DNA of 64,000 nt from Candidatus Gottesmanbacteria bacterium (GTDB lineage: Bacteria > Patescibacteriota > Microgenomatia > UBA10105 > UBA927), in assembly GCA_963701185.1 (NCBI GenBank), contig OY969569.1:667548-731547 (forward strand), given 5' to 3'. The notes beneath the pieces were generated by a model, which was not told the origin of the DNA, did not search any database, and saw nothing but the letters and a program-made list of their open reading frames with translations. Position numbers and translations under genes: made by a program. Shown here piece by piece: positions 9,847-31,631 of this stretch (the stretch's first letter is position 1; each line of letters opens with the position of its first letter).

Positions 9847-9933
9847 AAGAGTAGGCCTAAATTCCCCGATGACATCTATAGACAAAGTAGTGACAACCGG
9901 AAGCCGGTTTTTGCTACGAAATTATTTTTTGGT

Positions 9934-22047
<12,114 letters not shown>

Positions 22048-22097
22048 TTTTTATTCATGATTGACAAAGAAAAAAAATCACACTACTGTATATATAT

Positions 22098-24092
22098 ATG
22101 AAGCCTGCTCGGCTGTTTGGTGTTTTTTTTGGCGTCCTGTGTACTCTCCTGCTGGCATTCGTCTATACACAACGGAGTTATCTGCGCTTTCTCATCCCCG
22201 CACCGGCATTTGCCGCACCCAGTCCCGGCACCGCAAAGTTCGCCGGCAGTTATGCCACGTTTTCAGGGACACTGCGCGGGACGCAGTTTATCGATAATGA
22301 TAACAACGCGTACCTTCTGGACCCCAACGCCACCGGCAATTCTCTCCTCGTGGCCGGCTCCGTCGGCATTGGTACCACTGCCCCGGCGAGAAAACTTGAT
22401 ATTGTCCAATCATCTGATACGTATGCTGGTGGATTAGGCATTGCCAACTCCGCTATCACCAAAAGACTAACCTTATGGGTTGATACCAACAATGTCTCCC
22501 GAATAGAAGGCGGCGGTTTAGGAGATTCTATCGTCGCTATCAACGGCACCAGTACCGGTAACGTCGGCATCGGCACCACCGCTCCAGCCCAACCATTACA
22601 TGTTTTTGGATATAAAGGAGTTAGGTTGGAATCTGACGCTGCAGGCCAATATGGATTTATGAATAGCACCGGAAATTTACACCTCACGCAAAATGCATAT
22701 TATGATGGAGCCTCATGGAAATCAATCGCAGCAAGTCCAACTCTTGCTGCTGGCTTTCAAACCAACGTTGGTGGAACGGAAGCATTTAGGATATTCGCTG
22801 ATACGAGTATATCCGCAGCAAACGAGGTTCTAACTTTAGATCCCCTCATGGTGGTTAAAACGAACGGCAATGTCGGTATCGGCACCGCAGCCCCAGACAC
22901 ACCTTTACATGTTTTTAGCCCTACAGTAAATGGTGGAATTGCCACTTTTGATAATGCAGCAACTTCTACTCAATCATATTATAATTTTAAGGTGGCAGGC
23001 ACTCTTAGAGGTTCTTTGCGAATAGATAATGGCGGTAATTTTATTATAGATCCAACTGGTACGGGTGCAACGTATCTTAGTTGGGATAGTGGTAGTAACG
23101 GTGTAGTATTTGGCAATGGTTCTGGCGGCGCCGTCGGCTCTGTATCAGGTGGAGGCAATCTTTCGATGAATGGAACAGGTTACTTCGGAGGCAACGTCGG
23201 TATTGGAACAACAAATCCTACCTACACGTTAATGGTAACTGGCTCCACAGCAGGCAATATTACCTCAGGAAGCATAAACGTATTAAATACTGCATCAACG
23301 GGAAATTCTGGAGCCATTGTCAATATCGGGTCGAATTCTAGCTCGGGATATATCGGCGCCTTCAACTCAACTCACACATCAATTCCCCTTGCTGACCGCT
23401 TCGTCATAGCTCCAAATAGTATCGCGGCAGGTCTGACTATATACGCTTCTAATGCCGGTCAGGACATTCGATTCTTTTCCGGTTCAACCACTGAAACTAT
23501 GCGTATAGATAGTTCTGGGAAAGTCGGCATCGGCACCACCAGCCCCGGATATCTCCTTGACGTTAATGGTTCCATTAATATCGCCAACAGTGGATTATTA
23601 CGTATCGGCGGAAACACGGTCACTAATTCAGCAAATAACCGAATCAGTATGTATTATGTTGGTTGCGGCGCCTCTTGGAACAGTACGTGTGATAGTGGTT
23701 CTAGTGGATGGCCCGATTACGCTGACGCACTTCTTTCCGACAATAGACTCAAAACCATCACTAAACCTCTCGATAATGTTATGGATAAAATCATGCAGCT
23801 AAAACCCACGTACTACACATGGAACCAAAACTATGACGCTTTGGGTCTCCCTAATCACGGTCAGGAAATCGGCTTCATCGCCCAAGACGTTCAGCAACTC
23901 TTCCCTGAAATGGTCTACAATGCGGGCCCCAATGATCCCTATCTTCACCTAGATTACCAAAAAATGACCGCAGTCTTGGCTCAGGGCATCAAAGAACAGC
24001 AAGGGGAGATTGATGAATTGAAAAAAATGGTGGAAGATCAGGGGCAAATAATTCGTCAGCTGCAAACGGAAATCCGGCAGTTAAAAGAATAG
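22098..24092 (+). CDS. Tail-fibre-like surface protein with GNVGIGT repeats and C-terminal peptidase S74 intramolecular chaperone
   Basis: N-terminal hydrophobic/signal segment, five G(N/S/K)VGIGT(T/A)xP repeats, SDNRLK...LKPTYYTW...GFIAQDVQQLFPEMV...DYQKM plus coiled coil. Confidence 0.88.
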   Translation: MKPARLFGVFFGVLCTLLLAFVYTQRSYLRFLIPAPAFAAPSPGTAKFAGSYATFSGTLRGTQFIDNDNNAYLLDPNATGNSLLVAGSVGIGTTAPARKLDIVQSSDTYAGGLGIANSAITKRLTLWVDTNNVSRIEGGGLGDSIVAINGTSTGNVGIGTTAPAQPLHVFGYKGVRLESDAAGQYGFMNSTGNLHLTQNAYYDGASWKSIAASPTLAAGFQTNVGGTEAFRIFADTSISAANEVLTLDPLMVVKTNGNVGIGTAAPDTPLHVFSPTVNGGIATFDNAATSTQSYYNFKVAGTLRGSLRIDNGGNFIIDPTGTGATYLSWDSGSNGVVFGNGSGGAVGSVSGGGNLSMNGTGYFGGNVGIGTTNPTYTLMVTGSTAGNITSGSINVLNTASTGNSGAIVNIGSNSSSGYIGAFNSTHTSIPLADRFVIAPNSIAAGLTIYASNAGQDIRFFSGSTTETMRIDSSGKVGIGTTSPGYLLDVNGSINIANSGLLRIGGNTVTNSANNRISMYYVGCGASWNSTCDSGSSGWPDYADALLSDNRLKTITKPLDNVMDKIMQLKPTYYTWNQNYDALGLPNHGQEIGFIAQDVQQLFPEMVYNAGPNDPYLHLDYQKMTAVLAQGIKEQQGEIDELKKMVEDQGQIIRQLQTEIRQLKE

Positions 24093-24094
24093 TA

Positions 24095-24463
24095 ATGATG
24101 CCGAAAAAGGTTCTTATTATCCTACTGGCTATCCTGGGAATTGCCGCGTATGTTGCGGGATCTTTTTGGGTTATCGGCATTATGCAGGGCAAGGGCACAA
24201 CAGTACCGTTTATCCCAAAGCAAAATACTGCGGCAACGACGACAGATCTGCCGCAAGGCCCGATAGCCACACCAACACCCAAACCCACACCAACACCCAT
24301 GCCTACCCCGACCCCGCTGCAGGGCCCGGGCAGATATGCGTGTGATGCTGATGGGATATGCGGAGATTTCAGCGATGAGAGGCGCAAGTCCTGCCCCAAA
24401 ACATTTGCCGATCCCCATTGTCTGGGTATGTGCGCCGCCCAGTCCGTCCGCTGTTCACAATAA
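24095..24463 (+). CDS. Small membrane-anchored protein with PT linker and 6-Cys C-terminal domain
   Basis: N-terminal TM, TPTPKPTPTP linker, YACDADGICG...CPKTF..C..C..RC; starts 2 bp after the S74 gene. Confidence 0.75.
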   Translation: MMPKKVLIILLAILGIAAYVAGSFWVIGIMQGKGTTVPFIPKQNTAATTTDLPQGPIATPTPKPTPTPMPTPTPLQGPGRYACDADGICGDFSDERRKSCPKTFADPHCLGMCAAQSVRCSQ

Positions 24464-24464
24464 G

Positions 24465-24965
24465 TTAATCTGCGCAGACGCAGTACCGGCCGGTCGTACT
24501 GCAATTAGCGCCGCACGCTGATGCACATCTTGTTTGGCTGACGGCAATATCAGGATCAGATAAATTATCAAGTACCGCTCTGAGACAAAAATCATTACCG
24601 CCCGTTGTTTGATAATACATATAGGTGTTCGGTGATACCAAAAATCCCGCCGGAAGCGACTTCATATAGACAGCATCGCATGCAGCCCCTGAGGCAAACG
24701 TCCTCGTCCCCGTACAGGGACACGCATTCGTTCCCCCTGCACCGCACCCATTCATCACCATCCCCGTCGTACCTCCCGGGTAACTGTTGAAATCGTTGTA
24801 ATAGAGCCGTAAAGCAGTTTTCAGCTGGGCCATTTCCTGTTTTTTCTTCACGTCATTCGCCCGCTGGCGGGCCGAGAGGTAGTTGGGGATCGCCATCGCA
24901 ATAATAGAGGCAATGATGGCAATAACAACCAAAATTTCAATCAGGGTAAAGCCTGCTCTTTTCAT
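24465..24965 (-). CDS. Type IV pilin / GspG-like pseudopilin
   Basis: Class III signal MKRAG|FTLIEILVVIAII; ALRLYYNDFNSYP; Cys-rich C-terminus. Confidence 0.9.
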   Translation of the reverse strand: MKRAGFTLIEILVVIAIIASIIAMAIPNYLSARQRANDVKKKQEMAQLKTALRLYYNDFNSYPGGTTGMVMNGCGAGGTNACPCTGTRTFASGAACDAVYMKSLPAGFLVSPNTYMYYQTTGGNDFCLRAVLDNLSDPDIAVSQTRCASACGANCSTTGRYCVCAD

Positions 24966-24980
24966 ATCATGATCGTATCA

Positions 24981-25487
24981 TTATGGACTTATATTTGCAC
25001 TGGACAATCCCCAATTACACGGCATTCCGGTTCCGCAGTTCGTCGGTGATGCCTCAGGCGTCATAATCGCCGGATCCTGGTTATTTTCCAAATGCGCGTA
25101 GATTTGATACTGCTTTCCCGCAGCATCGGAAACATAATAATATCTTTGCGTACTCACCGGGTCTGCCGGAAATTTCGCCATATATATCGCCCCATTGACG
25201 ACGGAATCCTTAAAGATGGGGTACTCCGTTCCGCATGATCCGGTATTTCCCAGAGCATTGTAGCAACCGGGAATCGATCCTGCTCCATCCCCTACCGGAT
25301 ACTTGCCTTTATCATTATAATACATTTCCACCGCATTGGTAATCGCCCGTACATTGGCTTTGCGTGTCGAATCCCGGCCTTTTCTCATCGAAGAGGTAAA
25401 CGCCCCTGCGCCGATCCCCAAAAGGATTGCAAGAAGTGCCATGACAACCAACAGCTCTATGAGTGTAAAACCTTGTTTTTGATTCAT
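24981..25487 (-). CDS. Type IV pilin / GspG-like pseudopilin
   Basis: MNQKQG|FTLIELLVVMALL; RDSTRK; AVEMYYNDKGKYP; HLEN. Confidence 0.9.
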   Translation of the reverse strand: MNQKQGFTLIELLVVMALLAILLGIGAGAFTSSMRKGRDSTRKANVRAITNAVEMYYNDKGKYPVGDGAGSIPGCYNALGNTGSCGTEYPIFKDSVVNGAIYMAKFPADPVSTQRYYYVSDAAGKQYQIYAHLENNQDPAIMTPEASPTNCGTGMPCNWGLSSANISP

Positions 25488-25504
25488 ATCATCAGTATAC
25501 ACCG

Positions 25505-26203
25505 TTAATCAGCACAACGGTTTGCAATAATTGCACACGCTCCGGCCGGGCAATTTATTTCCCACGAAACCGGACAACCGTGCAATGACGGATCATCATA
25601 CCAATTACAATCCCCTCCCAATGTGCACGAAATATGATACACAGGATTAAGGGTTGGCGTGGGTGTTCCCCCGCCCCCGCCTCCGCCGCCTCCGGGTGTG
25701 GGGGTGCCTCCGCCGCCTCCGGGTGTGGGGGTGCCTCCGCCGATGATCTCATCCACCGTGCCTACGGCAGAGGCTGTGACGCCGGAAGCCAGGCAAAAAT
25801 TATATCCGCTGCCGAGGCCGCACCCTGCCGCGCCTCCACAATTCATCGCGGCAATGGCAGGATCCGTTGTGTCGGACAGCTTCGCACAAATTCTGTATCC
25901 TCCATTGACAGATGGAAAATACCCGTAATGCGTTTTGGATACCGGATCGCAGGGAATTCTTTTAATATATGGTTCCATCGCTCCTGCGCAATTGTTGACA
26001 ACGGATTGATTCGGAAATGCATCGTTATCATTACGATAGTCCTCAAAAAATTTACTCAGTATATAGATATCCGATTTCCGTTTTATATCGTTGGCCCGAG
26101 CCGTTTGACCACGGAGATTCATGAAAAGGACCATAGCCAGGAGGATAATGATGGTGACGACGATAAGAATCTCAAGAAGGGTAAAGCCTGCATGTTTTTT
26201 CAT
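25505..26203 (-). CDS. Type IV pilin with Gly/Thr-Pro linker and C-terminal 6-Cys domain (minor/tip pilin candidate)
   Basis: MKKHAG|FTLLEILIVVTII; GGGTPTP repeats; C-terminal ISC..C..CP..C..CA..RC. Confidence 0.85.
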   Translation of the reverse strand: MKKHAGFTLLEILIVVTIIILLAMVLFMNLRGQTARANDIKRKSDIYILSKFFEDYRNDNDAFPNQSVVNNCAGAMEPYIKRIPCDPVSKTHYGYFPSVNGGYRICAKLSDTTDPAIAAMNCGGAAGCGLGSGYNFCLASGVTASAVGTVDEIIGGGTPTPGGGGGTPTPGGGGGGGGGTPTPTLNPVYHISCTLGGDCNWYDDPSLHGCPVSWEINCPAGACAIIANRCAD

Positions 26204-26414
26204 GCTTCCCTTAGTATCACACATCAGGGGAAAAATGCAATCCCGTTATAGAGTATGGTTTGATACCTATTGTTCCATAATTTTTACCTTATTGATATTA
26301 AATAGTCTCTTGTACAACGTAACGATAAACTTGATATATTATCTATATAAATCACTATATATTTTATGTTCTCGCATTTACATTTGCGAAATATTCACTA
26401 TGATGAATACTATC

Positions 26415-28169
26415 ATGGCGAAAAAAATTTCCATCGTTGTGCTGGGCCTTACTCCCCTCTTTTTCCTCCCCGTAACCCAAAATTTTTATGACACGAATAA
26501 GTGGATACTCCTGGGAATCGGAGGACTGCTCGTCCTGATTTTTTGGGCCATAACGCTGTTTCGGGTAAAAATGCCTCTACGAGCGGCATTTCCCTGGGGA
26601 TCTCTCGGATTCGCGGCATTGACAATCGCATCCTTCATCGGCCTTATCGCTGCTTCGACCAATAAAATCGAAGCTATTCTTTCACCGCTGGGGCCGATAA
26701 CGTTTCTTGCGCTCACTATCCTCATTCTGACCGCCTCTTCCATGACGAAACAGGACAAGGTGTACGTGAGATGGTTTCTCTACGGGATAATAGGGCTCTT
26801 GGGGCTTATCGCGCTGTACCAATTCCTTGGCATCAGGTATTTTTCTGACCCTTTGTGGACCCCGACCGGATCCGTCACCACCACAATTGTCCTGTTTTTT
26901 ATCACGCTGTCTCTCCTTATCCCCGATATCATCGCATCGTTCAAAAAACGTGAAGAGCATGGTACAACAGCATTTCTCATTATTTCTTGTATCATCATCG
27001 GAGTCGGCACAGGCATAACGCTCTTCCAATTCATTCCGAAAATACCCTCCCTTCTGCCGTTTGATGCTGGCATGATCGTGGCGTCCCAAATTTTCAAAAA
27101 TCCTACTGCTGCCGCTGTCGGTATCGGCACGGAAAACTTTGTTGCCGCCTTCACCGCGGCCAGACCTGCGAGCTTCAATACCGGACCGCTTGCCGCCGTG
27201 ACGTTTACGACGAACGCGGACTTTTTTCTCCATATCCTCACCGTCTATGGCCTTACCGGACTGGCTGCCGCATTGGTTCTTGCGGGTTCTCTTGTAACCG
27301 GAAACAAAAAAGACTGGCTTTTCTTCACTAAATGCATCTGTCTGGCAAGCTTACTGTTTATTCCGCCGACCATACCGCTTCTTGCCGTTATCGCAATCAT
27401 CCTTATCCTTGCGGAGGGAGAAAAAAATCCAAAATCGTTTGCTGTCAGGCCATCCTGGATCCGGATCCCGGCCGGCGCTCTGTTGATACTCGCGTCCTTA
27501 GCTTCGTTCTATTTTTTGGCCCGCGCATACGCGGCGGAACTATACTTTTTCCAATCACTGCAGGCGCTTGCGGCACATGACGGAACCAAAACGTATAACC
27601 AACAAATTCAGGCAATCCGGACCAATACGTTCTTAAGCCGATACCATGTTTCGTATAGCCAAACAAGTTTGGAGTTGGCCAACAGCATCGCCGGCTCTGA
27701 CAGCAAAAGCGACCAGGACCGGCAGCTGGTAGGACAACTTCTGCAACAATCCGTTAACGAAGCAAAAATTGCCGTTACGCTCAACCAACAAAACATCACT
27801 GCATGGGAAAACCTGGGTTTTACGTATCAAAATATTATTCCGGTCGCTTCGGAGGCCGCCAATTGGGCACTGACGGCCTACGGGTCTGCCATAAAATTGG
27901 ACCCGTCCAACCCCAATCTGTTCCTCAATATCGGCAGCGTCTTCATCGCCCAGAAACAGTACGATGATGCCATTGCCATGTTTATCCGGGCTATCCAGCT
28001 TAATCCGTCGTACGCTAACGCCTACTACAACCTGGCAAACGCGTACAAACTCAAAGGCGATACGGTTAATCAAGGAAAAGTCCTCACTGATACGCTGAAG
28101 CTCGTTGCTCCGGAAAGTTCGGATTATGCGAAAATCAAAAACGAACTGGATGCACTGGAAAAGAAATGA
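26415..28169 (+). CDS. Polytopic membrane protein (O-antigen ligase/OST-like) with C-terminal TPR repeats
   Basis: ~12 TM helices, GIGTENF loop, TPRs (AIKLDPSNPNLFLNIG; AIQLNPSYANAYYNLANAY). Confidence 0.75.
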   Translation: MAKKISIVVLGLTPLFFLPVTQNFYDTNKWILLGIGGLLVLIFWAITLFRVKMPLRAAFPWGSLGFAALTIASFIGLIAASTNKIEAILSPLGPITFLALTILILTASSMTKQDKVYVRWFLYGIIGLLGLIALYQFLGIRYFSDPLWTPTGSVTTTIVLFFITLSLLIPDIIASFKKREEHGTTAFLIISCIIIGVGTGITLFQFIPKIPSLLPFDAGMIVASQIFKNPTAAAVGIGTENFVAAFTAARPASFNTGPLAAVTFTTNADFFLHILTVYGLTGLAAALVLAGSLVTGNKKDWLFFTKCICLASLLFIPPTIPLLAVIAIILILAEGEKNPKSFAVRPSWIRIPAGALLILASLASFYFLARAYAAELYFFQSLQALAAHDGTKTYNQQIQAIRTNTFLSRYHVSYSQTSLELANSIAGSDSKSDQDRQLVGQLLQQSVNEAKIAVTLNQQNITAWENLGFTYQNIIPVASEAANWALTAYGSAIKLDPSNPNLFLNIGSVFIAQKQYDDAIAMFIRAIQLNPSYANAYYNLANAYKLKGDTVNQGKVLTDTLKLVAPESSDYAKIKNELDALEKK

Positions 28170-29743
28170 AACCGCTTGTTCTGACCGTCATCCTTTTTAT
28201 CCTGCAACTCGGATTATTTCTTTGGATTACCCTCCGGCCGTTTTCCATAAGCCCGCAAGGAAGTTCGTATTATGTCCTCCACGGACAGAGCGCGTACACG
28301 GCATATATACGTGAGTCCAAAGAAGGCGCATGGAAGGTCACGAATCCCTACACCACCCGGCCGAATCCGCCAATCTACGCGCATCTGTTTTATGTATTTT
28401 TAGGTAAAATTGCAGCGGTATTTTCGTTTGATACAATCGCCACCTCCATGGTAACCCATGTCGTTGCCGGCCTCATTCTTTTTCTTGCCACCTATTGGTG
28501 TATCGGCAAAATCCTTCCCGCAAATCTCCAAACACTTGCGGTTCTCTTCACCCTCGGATTGGAACCCGGCCCGCTAGTGTCAGAAATAAAAAATATCGCG
28601 TCACTGGCATTTGCGCGGCCCGTTATATTCAGCTTTTTCCCACAGGAAGTGGTACTGCGGCACTTCGGGCTCCCGCATCATGTTTTGGCGGAGGCACTCG
28701 GTTTATTGATACTGGGGAATGTCTTTTTATTTGTAAAAAGGGCGTCATGGCAGCGGTTGGCGGGTATCGCACTCCTTACTGTCGCCGGGACACTCATTAT
28801 GCCGGTATACAACAGTATCTTAATGCTGACAGTAGGCATTGCGTGGTTCGTATGGTCTCTTATACATGGCCACATCAAAAAAAATCTGCCGGCCTTTATC
28901 ACGATTTTTGTATGTTTTGGAGCCGCGGCACTATTTATTAAACTCCAAATGGACACGAGCTTCATGTGGAAAAATTATAGCCTGGACGAAAAACGCTGGG
29001 TGACGGATGGTGATATTGTTATCAATTACCTTTCGTCGCTCGTTCTGTACCTGCCGGCAATTGTATTCCTATGGGCGACACTGCTACGGCGCTCGTGGCA
29101 TCTGATGGTCGTACTGTTCACTACATGGATCGTAGGACCTCTTCTGTACATCCCCCTCACACATATGTCCCTCTTTCCGTTTGCCAATTTTCGGTTGGTG
29201 GACGGATATTCCTATGTTCCTGCAGGAATTCTGGCCGCCATGGGAATATCGGAAATCAGCCGTTTGAGCGGTAAAACCATCGCGAAGTTCGCCGTCATAC
29301 TCATGCTTGCCGCCTCACTGTTCCTCACGGTCAGCTATACGAGAAAAACGTTTGAAGACCAGCAGAGGATCTATACGAATGTCTATCTGTTGCGGGAGGA
29401 GTGGGATGCAATCCGCTTCCTTTCAACCATCCCGCGTCACAGTGGCGTTATGGTCATGAAATATGTCGGGGAGATTATTCCTGCGTACGACTCAGTGCGT
29501 GTTTTTCTGGGTGAAACTCCCGGCGCTCTCGACTGGCAGGAACGCTACGACATCGCCGTCCGGTTCTATTCCGGGCTCCTGACGGATAGTGAAGCACGCA
29601 CTATCCTCCGACAGGAAAATATTTCCTATGTTTATTGGGGACAGGATGAAAAAGTATTCTCAAAAACTCCGACACTGTACCCCAATGTCCTTATTCCTGT
29701 TTTCCAAAATCCCGCCGTTACTATTTTCGCGCAAAAACAATAA
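28166..29743 (+). CDS. Polytopic membrane protein, GT-C-like
   Basis: Many TM helices; C-terminal soluble domain with ISYVYWG..E; paralogous to 32519-34135 and 36545-38619. Confidence 0.6.
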   Translation: MKPLVLTVILFILQLGLFLWITLRPFSISPQGSSYYVLHGQSAYTAYIRESKEGAWKVTNPYTTRPNPPIYAHLFYVFLGKIAAVFSFDTIATSMVTHVVAGLILFLATYWCIGKILPANLQTLAVLFTLGLEPGPLVSEIKNIASLAFARPVIFSFFPQEVVLRHFGLPHHVLAEALGLLILGNVFLFVKRASWQRLAGIALLTVAGTLIMPVYNSILMLTVGIAWFVWSLIHGHIKKNLPAFITIFVCFGAAALFIKLQMDTSFMWKNYSLDEKRWVTDGDIVINYLSSLVLYLPAIVFLWATLLRRSWHLMVVLFTTWIVGPLLYIPLTHMSLFPFANFRLVDGYSYVPAGILAAMGISEISRLSGKTIAKFAVILMLAASLFLTVSYTRKTFEDQQRIYTNVYLLREEWDAIRFLSTIPRHSGVMVMKYVGEIIPAYDSVRVFLGETPGALDWQERYDIAVRFYSGLLTDSEARTILRQENISYVYWGQDEKVFSKTPTLYPNVLIPVFQNPAVTIFAQKQ

Positions 29744-30576
29744 GATCATCCCAGGGGTTTATCGGATTCTTCAATTTAAACCGGTCCAAAAATTTCCCGA
29801 TGGGTTGTAAAATCCCTGCTGCCCACGGGAAATAATCGGCCGCGCGGGTAAATACAAAAGATAACGGGAACGGCCGTGGTGAATCGGGGCGGATGATAAT
29901 ATTTCTGAATCCCGCCCGTTTAAAAAGTTCCCGTAAAGACTTTCTATCCCAAAATGTCACATGTTCCGGGTGATGATACCCTACCCACCATTTTCCCATC
30001 ATTTTTCGCCAAATGCTGTTATGATTCGGGGTTGTCAGGACGGCCTCACCGCCTTTATTGAGCAGTTTATATACCCGCTTCATCATGCCTAAGGGATTAC
30101 GCTCATGTTCGATGATTTCAAACGCGGTAACGACATCAAACTTCGATGTGGGCCATGTTTGAGAAACACGAAGTCCCCTTTTTTTGCAATAGGAAACTGC
30201 GTCTTTGGAAATATCTACCCCCTGCGCTCTTATCCCTACTTTTTTGGCTTCTTCCAGTAATACTCCCATGGCACAGCCGATATCAGTAATATTGGTCTGT
30301 CATTCCCGTGAGGCGGGAATTGTTATTGTTGTATTGTGAAAACTAATATCGATTCCTCACAGGCGCGGATGATAATTGAAGCGTTTTCCTAAAATATTCC
30401 CTATGCACGGGAATCTGGGCGATGTACGGCTCAAAATGCTCCAAATCTTCGTGATACAATTTTTCAATCTCTTTTTCACCGGGCATCGGCACCATCTGTA
30501 CCAATCCGCAGGTCGTACATTTTTTCAATCTATAAATAACGGAAAATCGGGTAGACCCGCACAATACGCACCTCAT
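29721..30576 (-). CDS. Class I SAM-dependent methyltransferase with N-terminal CxxC Zn motif (frameshifted near 30280-30380)
   Basis: MRCVLCG..CTTCGL fragment plus DIGCAMG...FDVVTAFEIIEH...LTTPN fragment; paralog of 31632-32522. Confidence 0.75.
30299..30376. repeat. Degenerate RPE/REP-like element within the methyltransferase gene
   Basis: GTCATTCCCGTGAGGCGGGAAT arm plus degenerate GATTCCTCACAGGCGCGGATGATA arm. Confidence 0.6.
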
Positions 30577-31586
30577 ATAGTCTTTTTTAACAGATAATAG
30601 GCCGCGCCCGCAAGAATAACGACATACAATACCAATCCGGCCCCCAACGCTTTCAGCATAAATCCACTCCCCTTCTCACGATAACAAAACCACAGAAACT
30701 TGCGAAGAAGAAGAATATGAAAAAGAAAAAGAACGGCGGCAGAGACGATCGTGACCATACGTACCCAGGAAAACGGCAACACAAAATACAGAAGTATCCC
30801 CATGACGATAATCCCCAGAGCTCCTACCCCCGCGGCGGCTGTCGCGGTCTCCGACATGGTGGTTGCGACTGTATCAAATTTTCGATGGGTGCCGTAGAGC
30901 TTCGTCCAGTAAAAACTGCGCCAGAAATATTTCCTGGCAACCGCAAAAAACCCTTCAAATTCATGGTGAACCCTCACATCAGGCGCGAAGATGATCGCAT
31001 AACGCTTGGCGATCCGGTACGTAAGCTCCACATCCTCCATCTGCCGGAACGCCTCGTTAAAACCTCCCAACCGGTCAAATACATCGCGGCGGATGGCGGC
31101 GTTCCTGGTGCTGAACAGGTAATAATATCCGTCGCGGTCGCGTTCGTTGGTCCAATAACTCCAGTCGCGCATGGCTTTAAATTGGGGGAAAAATGATGTG
31201 GTACGCTGGTGTTTATCCCACACGCCTGTCAGCGCAATCAAATCAGGGTCTTCACAAAATTTATTGGCAATATTGGTTAACGTATCGGGGTACACCGTCA
31301 CATCCGCATCCAAAAAAACTAATACCTCGCCCCGTGCCCGTTTCACGGCAGCATTGCGGGCTGCAGCCGGACCGCGGTTGTGTGTCAGGCGGGTAACAGT
31401 CAGCGGGAACCGCGGGCGGATGCCCTGAAGCTTCCTGACGGTCAGCTGCTCGTTTGATGCGTCATCACCGATAATCACTTCAAAGTTCTTATATGATGAC
31501 GTTGTGAGCGATCCCAGAAGCTTCCCGAGCGTTTCGCTTGCATTGTAGGCAGGGATGATAATCGAAAGATACGGTTTACCCCTCAT
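30573..31586 (-). CDS. Glycosyltransferase family 2 with C-terminal TM helices
   Basis: SIIIPAYN, IIGDDAS, GPAAARN, FLDAD, GGFNE, EDVEL. Confidence 0.92.
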   Translation of the reverse strand: MRGKPYLSIIIPAYNASETLGKLLGSLTTSSYKNFEVIIGDDASNEQLTVRKLQGIRPRFPLTVTRLTHNRGPAAARNAAVKRARGEVLVFLDADVTVYPDTLTNIANKFCEDPDLIALTGVWDKHQRTTSFFPQFKAMRDWSYWTNERDRDGYYYLFSTRNAAIRRDVFDRLGGFNEAFRQMEDVELTYRIAKRYAIIFAPDVRVHHEFEGFFAVARKYFWRSFYWTKLYGTHRKFDTVATTMSETATAAAGVGALGIIVMGILLYFVLPFSWVRMVTIVSAAVLFLFHILLLRKFLWFCYREKGSGFMLKALGAGLVLYVVILAGAAYYLLKKTI

Positions 31587-31631
31587 GTCTTGTCTTTGTA
31601 TAGCGACGGAGAGAATAAGTCAAGAATGTAA

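Noticed and set aside
9817-9933. TTG start of the giant ORF given in the ORF track
   Set aside because: The TTG is part of a TTGACA -35 box; ATG 9934 immediately precedes the first HTH
22098-24092. Prophage suggested by the tail-fibre/S74 protein
   Set aside because: No integrase, capsid, terminase or other phage genes; the protein has a signal/TM segment like cellular CPR surface proteins
26121-26414. Extended N-terminus of the TPR membrane protein
   Set aside because: Overlaps the divergent pilin gene and AT-rich promoter region; MAKKIS at 26415 is more plausible
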